DNA from: Macrostomum lignano
Lineage: Eukaryota
Direction of reading: 5' to 3'
Length of the DNA: 64,000 nucleotides
NCBI GenBank assembly: GCA_002269645.1
Contig: NIVC01001022.1
Coordinates: forward strand, 310,001-374,000
Shown: positions 37,331-48,390 of the stretch, one piece after another
Position numbering within the stretch: the first letter of the stretch is position 1
How the letters are laid out: each line of letters starts with the position of its first letter
Notes under the pieces: generated by a model
Databases searched by the model: none
Told to the model about the DNA's origin: nothing
What the model saw: the letters and a program-made list of their open reading frames with translations, nothing else
Position numbers and translations under genes: made by a program

Positions 37331-37568
37331 TGACGATGAGCACGCATTGATTGCGGCCTTCGCTGGCACGCTGCGTCAGCGGCAGAACGCCGCTGCGACC
37401 ACCGTCAGTGCTGCCGCCGCAGCCGCCGTTGCCTCCTCGTCCCCGATGCTTCCGCAGAGCCCGCAGCCGTATTTACCGCACCAGCAGCAGCAGCAGCAGC
37501 ACTTCTCATTGCCGCCGGACAGAACCGAGCAGATGAAGGAGCTGGAGGCTGAGAATAAACGTCTACAA
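37331..37568 (+). CDS. DMD: Dystrophin exon: second syntrophin-binding segment and coiled coil H1
   Basis: SDDEHALIAAFAGTL (human IDDEHLLIQHYCQSL) and ELEAENKRLQ; attttcag acceptor, CAA|GTGAGC donor. Confidence 0.93.
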
Positions 37569-37576
37569 GTGAGCTG

Positions 37577-38395
<819 letters not shown>

Positions 38396-38674
38396 AGCGA
38401 CAACAGTGACGACCGAAGCAGTCCTTGCTTTTCGCAGTCCTCGAACGCACCCAAATGAAAGTAAAATCGTATAAGCATAGTCGCCTTAACCCAATCTCTT
38501 CCCTCGAGTGACGTTTATACCTACCATAAAATTTAGCTGGTTTTGTGTTTTCCACGAAGAGTCCAAAAAGGACTGGCCTGTTGTGCTACAATTAACTGGC
38601 TAGCTTTTCTCTGTCCAGTCAGTTTCTATATATAAATATATATATAGTACAACTGGCTAGCATATTTCTGGGCA

Positions 38675-38748
38675 CCCCAATAGCTCAGCGGTCTGACGCA
38701 TGCTGACTGCGCCGCGCTAGACCGGGGTTCGAATCTTGAGCCGTCCTA
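38675..38748 (+). pseudogene. Degenerate tRNA-like sequence or SINE head
   Basis: A-box-like TAGCTCAGCGG (38681) and B-box-like GGTTCGAATC (38726) but no complete cloverleaf. Confidence 0.45.
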
Positions 38749-38800
38749 GCCGCGAGTGCATAATTAAAAAAATCAATCGGGGTTGCCCAATGCTCTAAAA

Positions 38801-38882
38801 GTCAGCATGGCCGAGTGGTTAAGGCGTCGGACTTAAAATCCTATGGGGTTTCCCTGCGCGGGTTCGAACCCCGCTGCTGACG
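38801..38882 (+). tRNA. Class II tRNA with serine-type body and TAA (Leu) anticodon; possibly a pseudogene or variant allele
   Basis: 82-nt cloverleaf: acceptor GTCAGCA/TGCTGAC, T-arm GCGGG-TTCGAAC-CCCGC, variable arm TGGGGTTTCCCTGC, loop CT-TAA-AA (anticodon 38834-38836), discriminator G; one C-T mismatch in the anticodon stem; T7 run at 38902-38908. Confidence 0.85.
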
Positions 38883-38982
38883 CGAAGAGAGAAAGAGAAT
38901 ATTTTTTTAATTTTAACTACTTTCATTAGTTTAGTTAGCGTTTTATCACTATTTTTCTATCTTTCTTATCAATCCACAACAG

Positions 38983-39822
38983 GCAGAATACGAGCGATTG
39001 AAAAGCGACACCTCAGCACAGAGACAGCGACAACAGCAGCATCTGCAGGTGGCTTCACCGCTGACTCCCGTTCGCTCCCTGGCCGCCGCAGCTCCTCCGC
39101 CCCCAGCAACGGCAGCTGCGGCAGCGGCAGCAGCCGAGGCGCGGCTACTGCGAGCTCACAAAGGCCGGCTGGAGGCGCGAATGGCCCTGCTGGAAGATCA
39201 CAACCGGCAGTTGGAGGGCCAGCTGTCCAGACTCCGCAGACTGCTTGCTCAGTCCAGTCAGAGTCCTTCTCCATCGCCCCAGCATCACACCATGCTGCAT
39301 CAGTATCAGCAGCCGCAGCCGCAGTCATCTCTAGCTCAGACTCTGCCCACCGGTGGCCGGCCTCAGCATCCGCATCATCAGCGAGCCGGCAGTTCCGGTT
39401 GCGTGTCGGATTCAGAGTCGACTTTGCCGCCTAATCAGCTGCAGCACTTCCTGCCGCCTGGTCAGCAGTTGCGACAGCAGCACCACCTGCCTTACCATCA
39501 GCAGCAGCCGCCGCCGCAGCATCAGCAGCTGTCAGCGTCTGCCACTCCGTCCAGCGTGTTTCTTCGTCACGGCGGCGGCTCCAGCAGATTCGCTGGCGCC
39601 GGCGGCAGCGAGAGCGACAGCGCCAGCCTGTACGGCAGCCTGACCAGGAATGGCGGCCTGGCTGACTCATGCCCGACCTCGGTTGGCAGGAACTCGGTGA
39701 GCTCGCTGTTTGCCATGGCCGGTCAGGTGAGCAGCGCCATGGGTCAGCTGGTTGACGTGATGAACCGCGACTCGGCCTCTGGCTCTGGCGCACCTGCTGG
39801 TGGCGGCATTGATCAAAACTGA
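38983..39822 (+). CDS. DMD: Dystrophin last coding exon: coiled coil H2 and C-terminal helix
   Basis: AEYERLK; [37 protein letters not shown]; C-terminal [21 protein letters not shown]; stop TGA 39820-39822. Confidence 0.96.
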   Translation, partial: AEYERLKSDTSAQRQRQQQHLQVASPLTPVRSLAAAAPPPPATAAAAAAAAEARLLRAHKGRLEARMALLEDHNRQLEGQLSRLRRLLAQSSQSPSPSPQHHTMLHQYQQPQPQSSLAQTLPTGGRPQHPHHQRAGSSGCVSDSESTLPPNQLQHFLPPGQQLRQQHHLPYHQQQPPPQHQQLSASATPSSVFLRHGGGSSRFAGAGGSESDSASLYGSLTRNGGLADSCPTSVGRNSVSSLFAMAGQVSSAMGQLVDVMNRDSASGSGAPAGGGIDQN

Positions 39823-41064
39823 CAGAATCAAGTACAAGTAACCTGCACCCAGTTCGCAACCTCAAGTTTTAGTAAACTTATTTATTTGTTTTGTCTTCCA
39901 GAAATTTATTACTCTCTCCTCGCGTGCTGGCATAAAAATTCAATTAGGAATTATCATTTGTTTATTGTTGAGCACATCGAATCACCTGTACTCATGTTAT
40001 GCTACTTAAAGTAATCCGTGCTTGGTCTCGTGTTCATTTAAACAAAATTATTGATTGAGTTCAATGCATTTTTTACTATTGATCACTAACTTTTCGATAC
40101 AGGAACTGTTCGTTAATAATGTTAATATTATAGCGATATACTACTTACCCTACCTAGTTTGCATCAGTAGTTTGATTGAATATAGCTATCAAAATTTTCA
40201 CCGAATTCTTATTTGTAAGCAGTTTTATAAGTTAAACGTTTTCACTGATTTTGTTTATTAATTTCTATATTATTTTTATGCAACCAATTGATTTGCAAAA
40301 CACATTTTCCCCGCACATTGCTACTTATTTGCATCGCCCTGGCAGTAGTGTGATCAGCGTGGCTGGGCCATCGTTATTTTTTTATTTAATCGTTTCGGTT
40401 TTGCTGTATTTCAGTGTTTTTCAGGCGTGCTTACCTTGGAAACAGAGTTTTTTCGCTTCTTGATTATCGATTGGTCGATTGATTGATTGATTTAAAACTG
40501 TGTTTTTTTTCGTTGTCTTCGTTTTGCTACTTCACCGCAAGTATTTCTCTGTAATTATACTCGTAATATTTGTTACCATGTTGTCGGGTGTTTTTATCTC
40601 TACCATGCATAAGAAAAAGTTTTCCCCTCGCAATTTTACCGTTCACTTGCGCGAATTTCTACTGATAGTAAGTAAAATGAAAAGTGGATTTGTGTAGCGT
40701 TTTTTGCAGTTTGCACTGAAAAGAAATGAACAAAATTTGTTATACTGTGCGCTTAACGTCTTTTGTCCAGTGCAATCTATTGTTTGAGCTGCTTATAGTT
40801 GTAAAGCAAATCAGCAGGTTCATTTGTCAGCTTTGTTGCATCCGCAACCGTTGTTTTGTATTAATTACAATACATGTACGAATCTGAAGGCTTTTTATAA
40901 AAGCTGATTCACTTCTCAACTAAACACGAGATTCCATGCTGAGACTGCAAAGTTTGACTTGCAGATTCATTTTTATGTACAAATAGACCTGCCGTGATTG
41001 CTGTTGCTGAGAGGCATTGCACCGCTGTCCTGTGACAGAGGTCATAGACTCGATTCTTGTAAAG

Positions 41065-41838
41065 GGGCGCCAACCAAGAGACATTGGTTGCCCACCAAGA
41101 GACAGGGTCGCACAAGAAGAGACAGGGGCGCCCAAGAAGAGACAGGGCGCCCACCAAGAGACAGGGTCGCACAAGAAGAGACAGGGGCGCCCACCAAGAG
41201 ACAGGGTCGCACAAGAAGAGACAGGGGCGCCCACCAAGAGACAGGGTCGCACAAGAAGAGACAGGGGCGCCCACCAAGAGACAGGGGCGCCCACCAAGAG
41301 ACAGGGTCGCACAAGAAGAGACAGGGGCGCCCACCAAGAGACAGGGTCGCACAAGAAGAGACAGGGTCGCACAAGAAGAGACAGGGGCGCCCACCAAGAG
41401 ACAGGGTCGCACAAGAAGAGACAGGGGCGCCCACCAAGAGATAGGGGCGCCCACCAAGAGACAGGGGCGCCCACCAAGAGACAGGGTCGCACAAGAAGAG
41501 ACCGGGGCGCCCACCAAGAGACAGCTAGTGGCGCCCACCAAGAGACAGTGGCGCCCACCAAGAGATAGGGGCGCCCACCAAGAGACAGGGTCGCACAAGA
41601 AGAGACAGGGGCGCCCACCAAGAGACAGGGGCGCCCACCAAGAGATAAGGGCGCCCACCAAGAGACAGTGGCGCCCACCAAGAGATAGGGGCGCCCACCA
41701 AGGGACATTGGTTGCCCACCAAGAGACAGGGGCGCCCACCAAGAGACAGGGGTGCCCAAGAAGATACAGGGGCGCCCAAGAAGAGACAGGGGCGCCCAAG
41801 AAGAGACAGGGGCGCCCAAGAAGAGACGGGGCGCCAAC
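41065..41838. repeat. 20/21-bp two-variant minisatellite (CGCCCACCAAGAGACAGGGG / TCGCACAAGAAGAGACAGGG)
   Basis: Interspersed variants in tandem. Confidence 0.93.
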
Positions 41839-41975
41839 CTAAAGACACGGACTGCAGTCCCGTCAAATTAAAATTCCTGCTTACGCCACTGGTCCTCCAT
41901 GCTAGATGTACACAACATAAGTAGAAGTTTATGGTAATGAAACTTAAAAAATCAAATCAATATGTGTACGTAAGA

Positions 41976-42340
41976 AGGGGGGCCGTAGCCCAGCGGTCTA
42001 GCGCAGCTGCTCTGGTGTGCCAGCGACCCAGGCTCGATTCCAAGTGCAGTCACATTAATTTGGGGCTGAATTGGAATCTCGGCTTGGCTCTGCTCGTGCA
42101 ATTAACAGCCTTGAGAGCCAACCCCCCAAGGCGCAGTGAAGTGTACATGCCTAACGATAAAATAAAGTTAGGGCCGCTGTACACTCCTGTGTGAGTGTGT
42201 CCCTGCGTACGTATCCGCGCGCTTGTATGCCTGCTCAGGGGAGTCGGCGGAATGGGCAGTAATGCCTCTCGCCGGTTGTGTGCCTGTCGCTTAAAGTGCG
42301 CCAGAGTGTACACAACCCCCCTGCCTATAATAATAAATAA
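41976..42340 (+). mobile_element. tRNA-derived SINE family 1, full-length copy
   Basis: tRNA-like head GGGGCCGTAGCCCAGCGG...GGCTCGATTCC; (TAA)-rich tail; 12-bp target-site duplication GTGTACGTAAGA at 41964-41975 and 42341-42352. Confidence 0.88.
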
Positions 42341-42532
42341 GTGTACGTAAGACTTGTTTGTACGCTCGTAGTAAGCTATTTTTAGAACAGCGTACATACA
42401 AGTAGTAGGCTTCAAAAACAATTTGGGCCCTAGAAGTGACGATTCTAAAAAGCGAGAGTTGCCGAGATGAATTCCAAGCGACAGAAGTTTGTTTAAAAAG
42501 AGTAAACTTCAGCGTCAACAGGGACCTGCGGA

Positions 42533-44023
42533 ATGAACTATAGAGTTTCGCTTCGAGCTCGACTAGTCCAGATGGCACAATGTCGCCAGCAGGCGGATTA
42601 CAACTACGCAGGACATTTTGTGTTCGATATTGACCTGTTCAGCTTGGGTAGAACGAATCTCTATTCGGCAATCCCACTATTCGGCGCAGTACCGTCCAGG
42701 CCTTTCTCACTGCTCAGCTTTCTCCGACGTGCATCGCTCGGAAGAACTGGCATCGTCCTGCTGCTGCTTGGCCTCATGGCTGTTTTTGGTTGGCTGACTG
42801 TTTTGCCATACCAGATTGATCGGATGACTTCGCAGGATTCGGAAGAGATCATGCCTCTGTTTAACGAACCCCAGTTTTTGCATCCTCGTTCAATTGAAGA
42901 GCCTGTCGAGCCCGGCCAAGATAGCGATATTGCTGTGGTCGTGCTGGCCGCCAAGAGGCCAGAAGTGCACCAGCTGGTGCACCAGCTGGTAGCCCAGAAG
43001 CCGCAGCGAGGATTCCGCATCCTGGTTTCGCTGGATGGTGCAGAAAAGCAAACGACAGCTATTTTGCAGCAGATCGAATCTTCCGAAGTTCGATTGCTGC
43101 GTTTAACGAACGACAAGAGCCGCAGTTTTACTGGTTCGAGCTCGAGCGACAGCTACGCAAAGATTTCGCGGCATTATCTTCGCGTGTTGGACCATGTACT
43201 GATGAAGCTGAACTTCTCGCATGCCGTACTGTTGGAGGACGATTTGCTGATTGCGCCGGACTTTTATCAGTACTTTCGCTCGCTGCGAAGAGCGCTGGAC
43301 ACCGACGAAAGCATCTTCTGTGTATCGGCTTGGAACGACAACGGCCAGATCAGCCTCGTGACCAAGGACCCGCAGCTGCTGCACCGGACTGACTTCTTCC
43401 CGGGTCTCGGCTGGATGATCAACCAGCGTCACTGGCTGCGGGTCAGGAAAGTTTGGCCCAAGACTCAATATGACGACTTTCTGAGGCTCTACATGCTGAA
43501 GAACGGCCTTGTTTGCGTGCGTCCCGAGCTGTCCCGCACGTTCAACATCGGCCGGAGCGGTGGCCGAAACTGCCAGCTCAGTAGTAGATACACTTACAGC
43601 TCGAAGTTTTACCACAACTACCTGAGTCGCATGGCACTGAACAGGTTCAACGTCACTCTGACCAAGAGCGCCGTCGACAAGGTGATTGGTCGCTCGGCTG
43701 ATCAGGAACTGGATAAGTTTGCTCGAAGCCTGCCAGCTATGAACGTGTCACAACTGTTGTCGAGTTCGAGGTTACCGTCGGCAGTGCGTCTTCGCTACGC
43801 TACAGCGGGCGAGTTTATCGCTCTGGCGCTGGGCATTGGCGCCATACCGGAGGTTTGGTTCGGCGCGCCGCGCGCCTCTATCCTTGGCATCTCGACGGTT
43901 TCAGTGCGCGGCAGTCGCGTCTACATCGTTCCGGACAGACGGCTGCCAATTAATAAAAAGATTTTCATACCGACTATGCCATTGTTGAGTACCTCAAAGT
44001 CGCGCAGTTTTTTATTCTTGTGA
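42533..44023 (+). CDS. MGAT1: GT13 glycosyltransferase, GnT-I/MGAT1-like, intronless type II membrane protein
   Basis: TM segment GIVLLLLGLMAVFGWLTVL; KISRHY, LLEDDLLIAPDFYQYF, CVSAWNDNG, RTDFFPGLGW, YDDFLR, CVRPELSRT, GAPRA..GI match MGAT1; start may be ATG 42533 or 42572. Confidence 0.85.
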   Translation: MNYRVSLRARLVQMAQCRQQADYNYAGHFVFDIDLFSLGRTNLYSAIPLFGAVPSRPFSLLSFLRRASLGRTGIVLLLLGLMAVFGWLTVLPYQIDRMTSQDSEEIMPLFNEPQFLHPRSIEEPVEPGQDSDIAVVVLAAKRPEVHQLVHQLVAQKPQRGFRILVSLDGAEKQTTAILQQIESSEVRLLRLTNDKSRSFTGSSSSDSYAKISRHYLRVLDHVLMKLNFSHAVLLEDDLLIAPDFYQYFRSLRRALDTDESIFCVSAWNDNGQISLVTKDPQLLHRTDFFPGLGWMINQRHWLRVRKVWPKTQYDDFLRLYMLKNGLVCVRPELSRTFNIGRSGGRNCQLSSRYTYSSKFYHNYLSRMALNRFNVTLTKSAVDKVIGRSADQELDKFARSLPAMNVSQLLSSSRLPSAVRLRYATAGEFIALALGIGAIPEVWFGAPRASILGISTVSVRGSRVYIVPDRRLPINKKIFIPTMPLLSTSKSRSFLFL

Positions 44024-44799
44024 GCTTCTGAGCACCATTGCCATAAAGTTGATTCCATGTTAAATTGCTGTTTTGACAATGAAAAAATGCTAAGAATTGT
44101 TTCTGATTTGCTGCGCCATGCAATTGCGGCATTTGAATAACCTGCCACCCTCTCCATCAGCTTCTCTCAGCTGTTCAAGAGATCCCCTTCCTAAATAACA
44201 CCTATCCTGTTTTTATATAAAATATTGCGTCACTACAGCCATGTGTAACCGCACGATCGGTTCTGCTGTCAAATTGCTCATGCTCAATAGACAAAGCACT
44301 TATTTCCATAAATTTAGATCTAATAGATAAAATATAGTCTGAATATTCGATGTCAACAAAATCTGTCAAAGTATTTTCTTTGAGACATTTCAGTACTGAT
44401 TTTTATTACGTAGAGAATGCTGTCTGTGTAACTATCTGTGCTGCAGATGTGCCTTTTTGCTTCATAGATTCCAAACTGACCCTTGATTTCCAATCGCTCT
44501 AACAATATTTCAATATACGAGTACTTCAGCGGCTTTTAAATTATAACTCGAGCGCCAATGCTTCCGAATCCCGTCTGGTAAATTAATTTTGAATTTTGCG
44601 CGCCCGGGATGTTAGATCTTATTGATGCTTGTGTAACGACCGAATCCCAAATTAAGGCGGTGTGTGAAATTGAGACATACGTTGCGTCTTTTCGTTCGTC
44701 TCAGTCATACCGCGAGTCCTTGTCGTTTCCAGTAATAATAATAAAATTTGATTACACCTGCCTCAATCGGCAGACGTGCAACCGACAGCTCAGCCGCAG

Positions 44800-45004
44800 C
44801 TATTGCGCAGGCTGCGTACGGCTGTTCAGTCCAAGGACTGGATGGGTCACCACACACACCCTTAGTTACCCCGCTAATGCTGGCACCCATTTCACTGCTG
44901 GGTGAACTGAAGCAATGCAGAGTTAAGCGTCTTGCTCAAGGACACTAATTGCTCCTAGTGAGTCGAGAATCAAACCCCCGACTCCAATCACAAGGCTACA
45001 ACCC
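44800..45004 (-). mobile_element. SINE family 2 copy
   Basis: Reverse complement of the same head and CORE-like segment. Confidence 0.75.
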
Positions 45005-45454
45005 AAGGGAAGCCTTGGAATGCAGTCGATGTTGCTTTGTCAAACCGCTCGGAGGCACGAGGAGAATCATACGGGCAAAGTCATCTTCTTACCGCATACA
45101 AACTTACTCGAGTTTTACTAGTCACAGTTGGGAACTGCCTCCTAAGCCATAGGGAATTTGACAGGAAAGAAGAAAGAAAAAGAAGACAACGGAAGACTTG
45201 CTGGGATGCAACAATGGCAGGATTTTTGGTCTCTACTGAATAGAAGTTTATGCGATCGATGCTGCAAACGGAAAGAACATTGTTTTTTGCTAGGAAGTTG
45301 CTTCGACCGACGCAATACAGGAAACACAGACGCCTAGCGAGAAGGCTTTTCTTAAACAATTAACGCGGTAAGAAGGGAGTAACTGCATTTGAATAAAGTT
45401 ATAAATAAAGCAAGATGAGACTGATGAAATTTCGCTTTTGCGCTAAGTCCTGGC

Positions 45455-46198
45455 ATGACGGTTCGTACCACTACTTTGGTTGCTGTCGTCTTGGCGGTTT
45501 GCCTTGGATCTCTGCCTCCACTGCTTGCTCTGCTGTCGTGCCCTTCTCCATTCTACCTCGAGGCGGGCAAGTGCGTGTTCGTCAACACAGCGCACAGCTA
45601 CACATGGTGCGAGGCCAACCGAATCTGTGCCTCCATAGGCGGTGAGTTGGTCAACTCGTACGAGTCCGTGAAGCTGGTGGTTCGCAGAAACATTTCGAGT
45701 GACAACCGCGGCTGCCAGTTGTGGGTCGGACTGAGCGACCTGGCAGATGAGAGAGGCACTAGCAGGGCTGGCTGGCAGAGAATAAACAGCAAAGGCCTGT
45801 TTCCGGAAGACCACAGTTTGTTCTATCCAGGCGAGCCAGGTGGGGACAACTGCCTACGCAGCTTAAACGATAGCGGCCTTGCTGACAGATCCTGCAACCA
45901 TCGCTACGGTTTTGTCTGCGAGTTTTCTAACGAGCCGACTACATGGACATCCACTTCTGGCTTTTGGAAGCTTGATAATTTCAAGCGCATGCAGTACAAC
46001 TCCGATTACTGTTTCACTGATGTGACGGATGTGAGCGGCGCTATTAGATGCACAGCTGCCGCCATGCGAAATGGAAACTGCAGACACGTGCTGTACAACA
46101 GCAAGCTGAGAGCCTGCCGCCTGCTGCTGTTCACCGACGCTCAGGTGAAGGAGGAGATCGAGACGAGCGCCGACTGGGTCAAGTATCGACTCAACTAA
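45455..46198 (+). CDS. Secreted C-type lectin domain + PAN/apple-like domain protein, copy 1
   Basis: Signal peptide; CPSPF..KC..WCEANRIC...GGELV...LWVGL...GEPGGDNC...DRSC...FVCE lectin pattern; C-terminal C-x7-C...C-x PAN-like pattern; single ORF. Confidence 0.85.
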   Translation: MTVRTTTLVAVVLAVCLGSLPPLLALLSCPSPFYLEAGKCVFVNTAHSYTWCEANRICASIGGELVNSYESVKLVVRRNISSDNRGCQLWVGLSDLADERGTSRAGWQRINSKGLFPEDHSLFYPGEPGGDNCLRSLNDSGLADRSCNHRYGFVCEFSNEPTTWTSTSGFWKLDNFKRMQYNSDYCFTDVTDVSGAIRCTAAAMRNGNCRHVLYNSKLRACRLLLFTDAQVKEEIETSADWVKYRLN

Positions 46199-46809
46199 AT
46201 TGAAGAGACTTTTGACAGTGCAAGAAATCGATTTGGAATGGTCCTCTAAAATAGAAACTTTCCTGTTAAGATTAATAAAACACAAGCTCCGTGGTTCGGT
46301 CTATTCTCTGGCATTCTATCAAGCAAATTAAGCGAATCTTGTTATCGTCTGAGTCATTTAACAGGGCCTGTTTTGTTCTGTTGAGCTGCATGACTGATTT
46401 TTCTGTTCTCATGACCAACTGGCTGAGTTTCATGAGCCCATTGTGCTACAAAAGACATTTTAGACTTCGAGGCTTGTCAAGGTCTTTTTTCTAATGATGA
46501 GGCGCCTAATTTAAGCCAATCTCGTGTGAAAGTTTCGCAGCAGATTTGAGTTCTCCCAAGAAGAGGAGAACTGGAAATCAAACCAGACACAACCTCTGCA
46601 AACAATTGCCATTCATGTTTAAGGGGCTTCCAATATATGAAAAACTCCACCATGCGAATGCTAGAAGCCTCCTTTTTACCTGCCTAATTAGCTAGTTAGG
46701 ATTTTCGCCCCGGAATTCTGCGCATATAAAGCGACAGGCAAAGATGCGATTAGCGCCAGGCTTGCTCAGCCTCTCGCAGAATCGTTAAAAAATTTGGCTT
46801 GTCAAGCAA

Positions 46810-47526
46810 ATGCTCCTACTGCTCCTGCTCCACCTGTGCAGCCAGCCTGTGTTGCTATGGGCTCAACCGTGCCCAGCTCCATTCAAACTCGAGGCAGAAA
46901 AATGCCTGTTCGTGAGCACAGCTCAGAGTCACAGCTGGTGCGAGGCCAACCGGCAGTGCGCCGCGATCGGGGGCGAGCTGGTCAACTCGTACAGCTCGCT
47001 GCAGCTGCTGGCTAGCAACGAAGTTTCGAGCGCCAACTGCAACCTGTGGGTTGGAGTGAGCGACCTGCCGGATGAAAGAGGCCACAGCAGGTCCGGCTGG
47101 CAGAGGGTGAACGGCAGAGGACAGCTTCCGGAGGACAATTCCGTGTTCAAGTCGGGTGAGCCAAGCGGAGACGACTGCCTGCGACTGTCCGATACCTCCG
47201 GCCGACTTGCCGACACATCCTGCAGCTTCGCTGCCGGGTTTGTCTGCGAGTTTTCTAGCAAGACGATCGTCCGAAAGCCGTCTGTCGCCATCTGGAGAGC
47301 CGCTGAGTTCAAGCGAGTGCAGTACAACTCCAAGTACTGCTTCGAAGACGTGATGGACGTGAGCAGCGCTGTCGAGTGCACTGCGGCCGCCATGCGCAAT
47401 GGAAACTGCAGGCACGTGCTGTACAACAGCAAGCTGAGAGCCTGCCGCCTGCTGCTGTTCACCGACGCTCAGGTAGAGGCGGAGATCGAGACGAGCGCCG
47501 ACTGGGTCAAGTTCTGTCTCAACTAA
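46810..47526 (+). CDS. Secreted C-type lectin domain + PAN/apple-like domain protein, copy 2 (tandem paralog)
   Basis: Signal peptide; same cysteine skeleton as copy 1 (WCEANRQC, LWVGV, GEPSGDDC, DTSC, FVCEF); near-identical C-terminus. Confidence 0.85.
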   Translation: MLLLLLLHLCSQPVLLWAQPCPAPFKLEAEKCLFVSTAQSHSWCEANRQCAAIGGELVNSYSSLQLLASNEVSSANCNLWVGVSDLPDERGHSRSGWQRVNGRGQLPEDNSVFKSGEPSGDDCLRLSDTSGRLADTSCSFAAGFVCEFSSKTIVRKPSVAIWRAAEFKRVQYNSKYCFEDVMDVSSAVECTAAAMRNGNCRHVLYNSKLRACRLLLFTDAQVEAEIETSADWVKFCLN

Positions 47527-48390
47527 CTGAGTAGAAAATTTTCGGACTATGCGAGAAAAACATTGAAATTTGCATGTAGCTCCAACATGAAAGTGCAGTT
47601 CCACGTTGGGGACAAGTTGGCCTTGTGACCTTACTGAAAGCTTTACAAAGAGGAGAGGTAGAGGAAGGTGCAAGAATGAGACCATGCGAGATGAGATCAG
47701 TTTTCGAAGTTTAGAGTAGGGTAAATAGCAAAGGAAGTTTTTTCTTGCAGAACTGCTTGTCAAAATACATTTATGGACTAAAAGAACGCCTGGTATGTAA
47801 GTCTGCCATGCCCGAAATACCAGACAATTACTATAAAATTTCAAGCCTTCTCTCCATTTTTATTGCTAATATTTTAGTGATCAAACAAGCAACCTTTAAA
47901 GCAATCAGTTTTTAATAAAACCCAGCTAAAAATAGTACAGCGCACCTAATACACTACTTTACACGCTTCTTAAGTAGTGAACAGCTCGACACAATTACAA
48001 CAGCAGAATCTAAATCGACAGTTAAAACGGTAGTGTCCCTATGGCTAATTAATTGTCACACTGTCATATTGCTCCCTTTCTAAACAAGAAAAAATTATTA
48101 AATCCTCAGACCTATTTTTTGACTGCATCAAGCAGCATTTCTTTTTGATTTTCAATCCTTTTCAAGAACGAATTCGGCAACACCTCTGCATAGAAGAGAC
48201 AAACCACTGAAAATGTTTTAATCCCAGCAGATTAGTTCTTTTGCAAAACGAATTTAAATGCCTGCTGGGGGTTGGGGTTGCAATTCTAAAAATATTTAGC
48301 CGTGCTCACCCTTTGGCTTAAGCTTGCGTAGAGAAGAGCACAGCAAATTGGCTTGATTTTTCACACTGCCTAGGACTTGAAAACCAAAGC

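Noticed and set aside
42533-44023. POMGNT1 call, which would make a dystrophin-dystroglycan glycosylation cluster
   Set aside because: Diagnostic motifs are MGAT1-type (EDD not EED, NDNG not NDQG, RTDFFPG not RVETMPG) and the long POMGNT1 stem domain is absent
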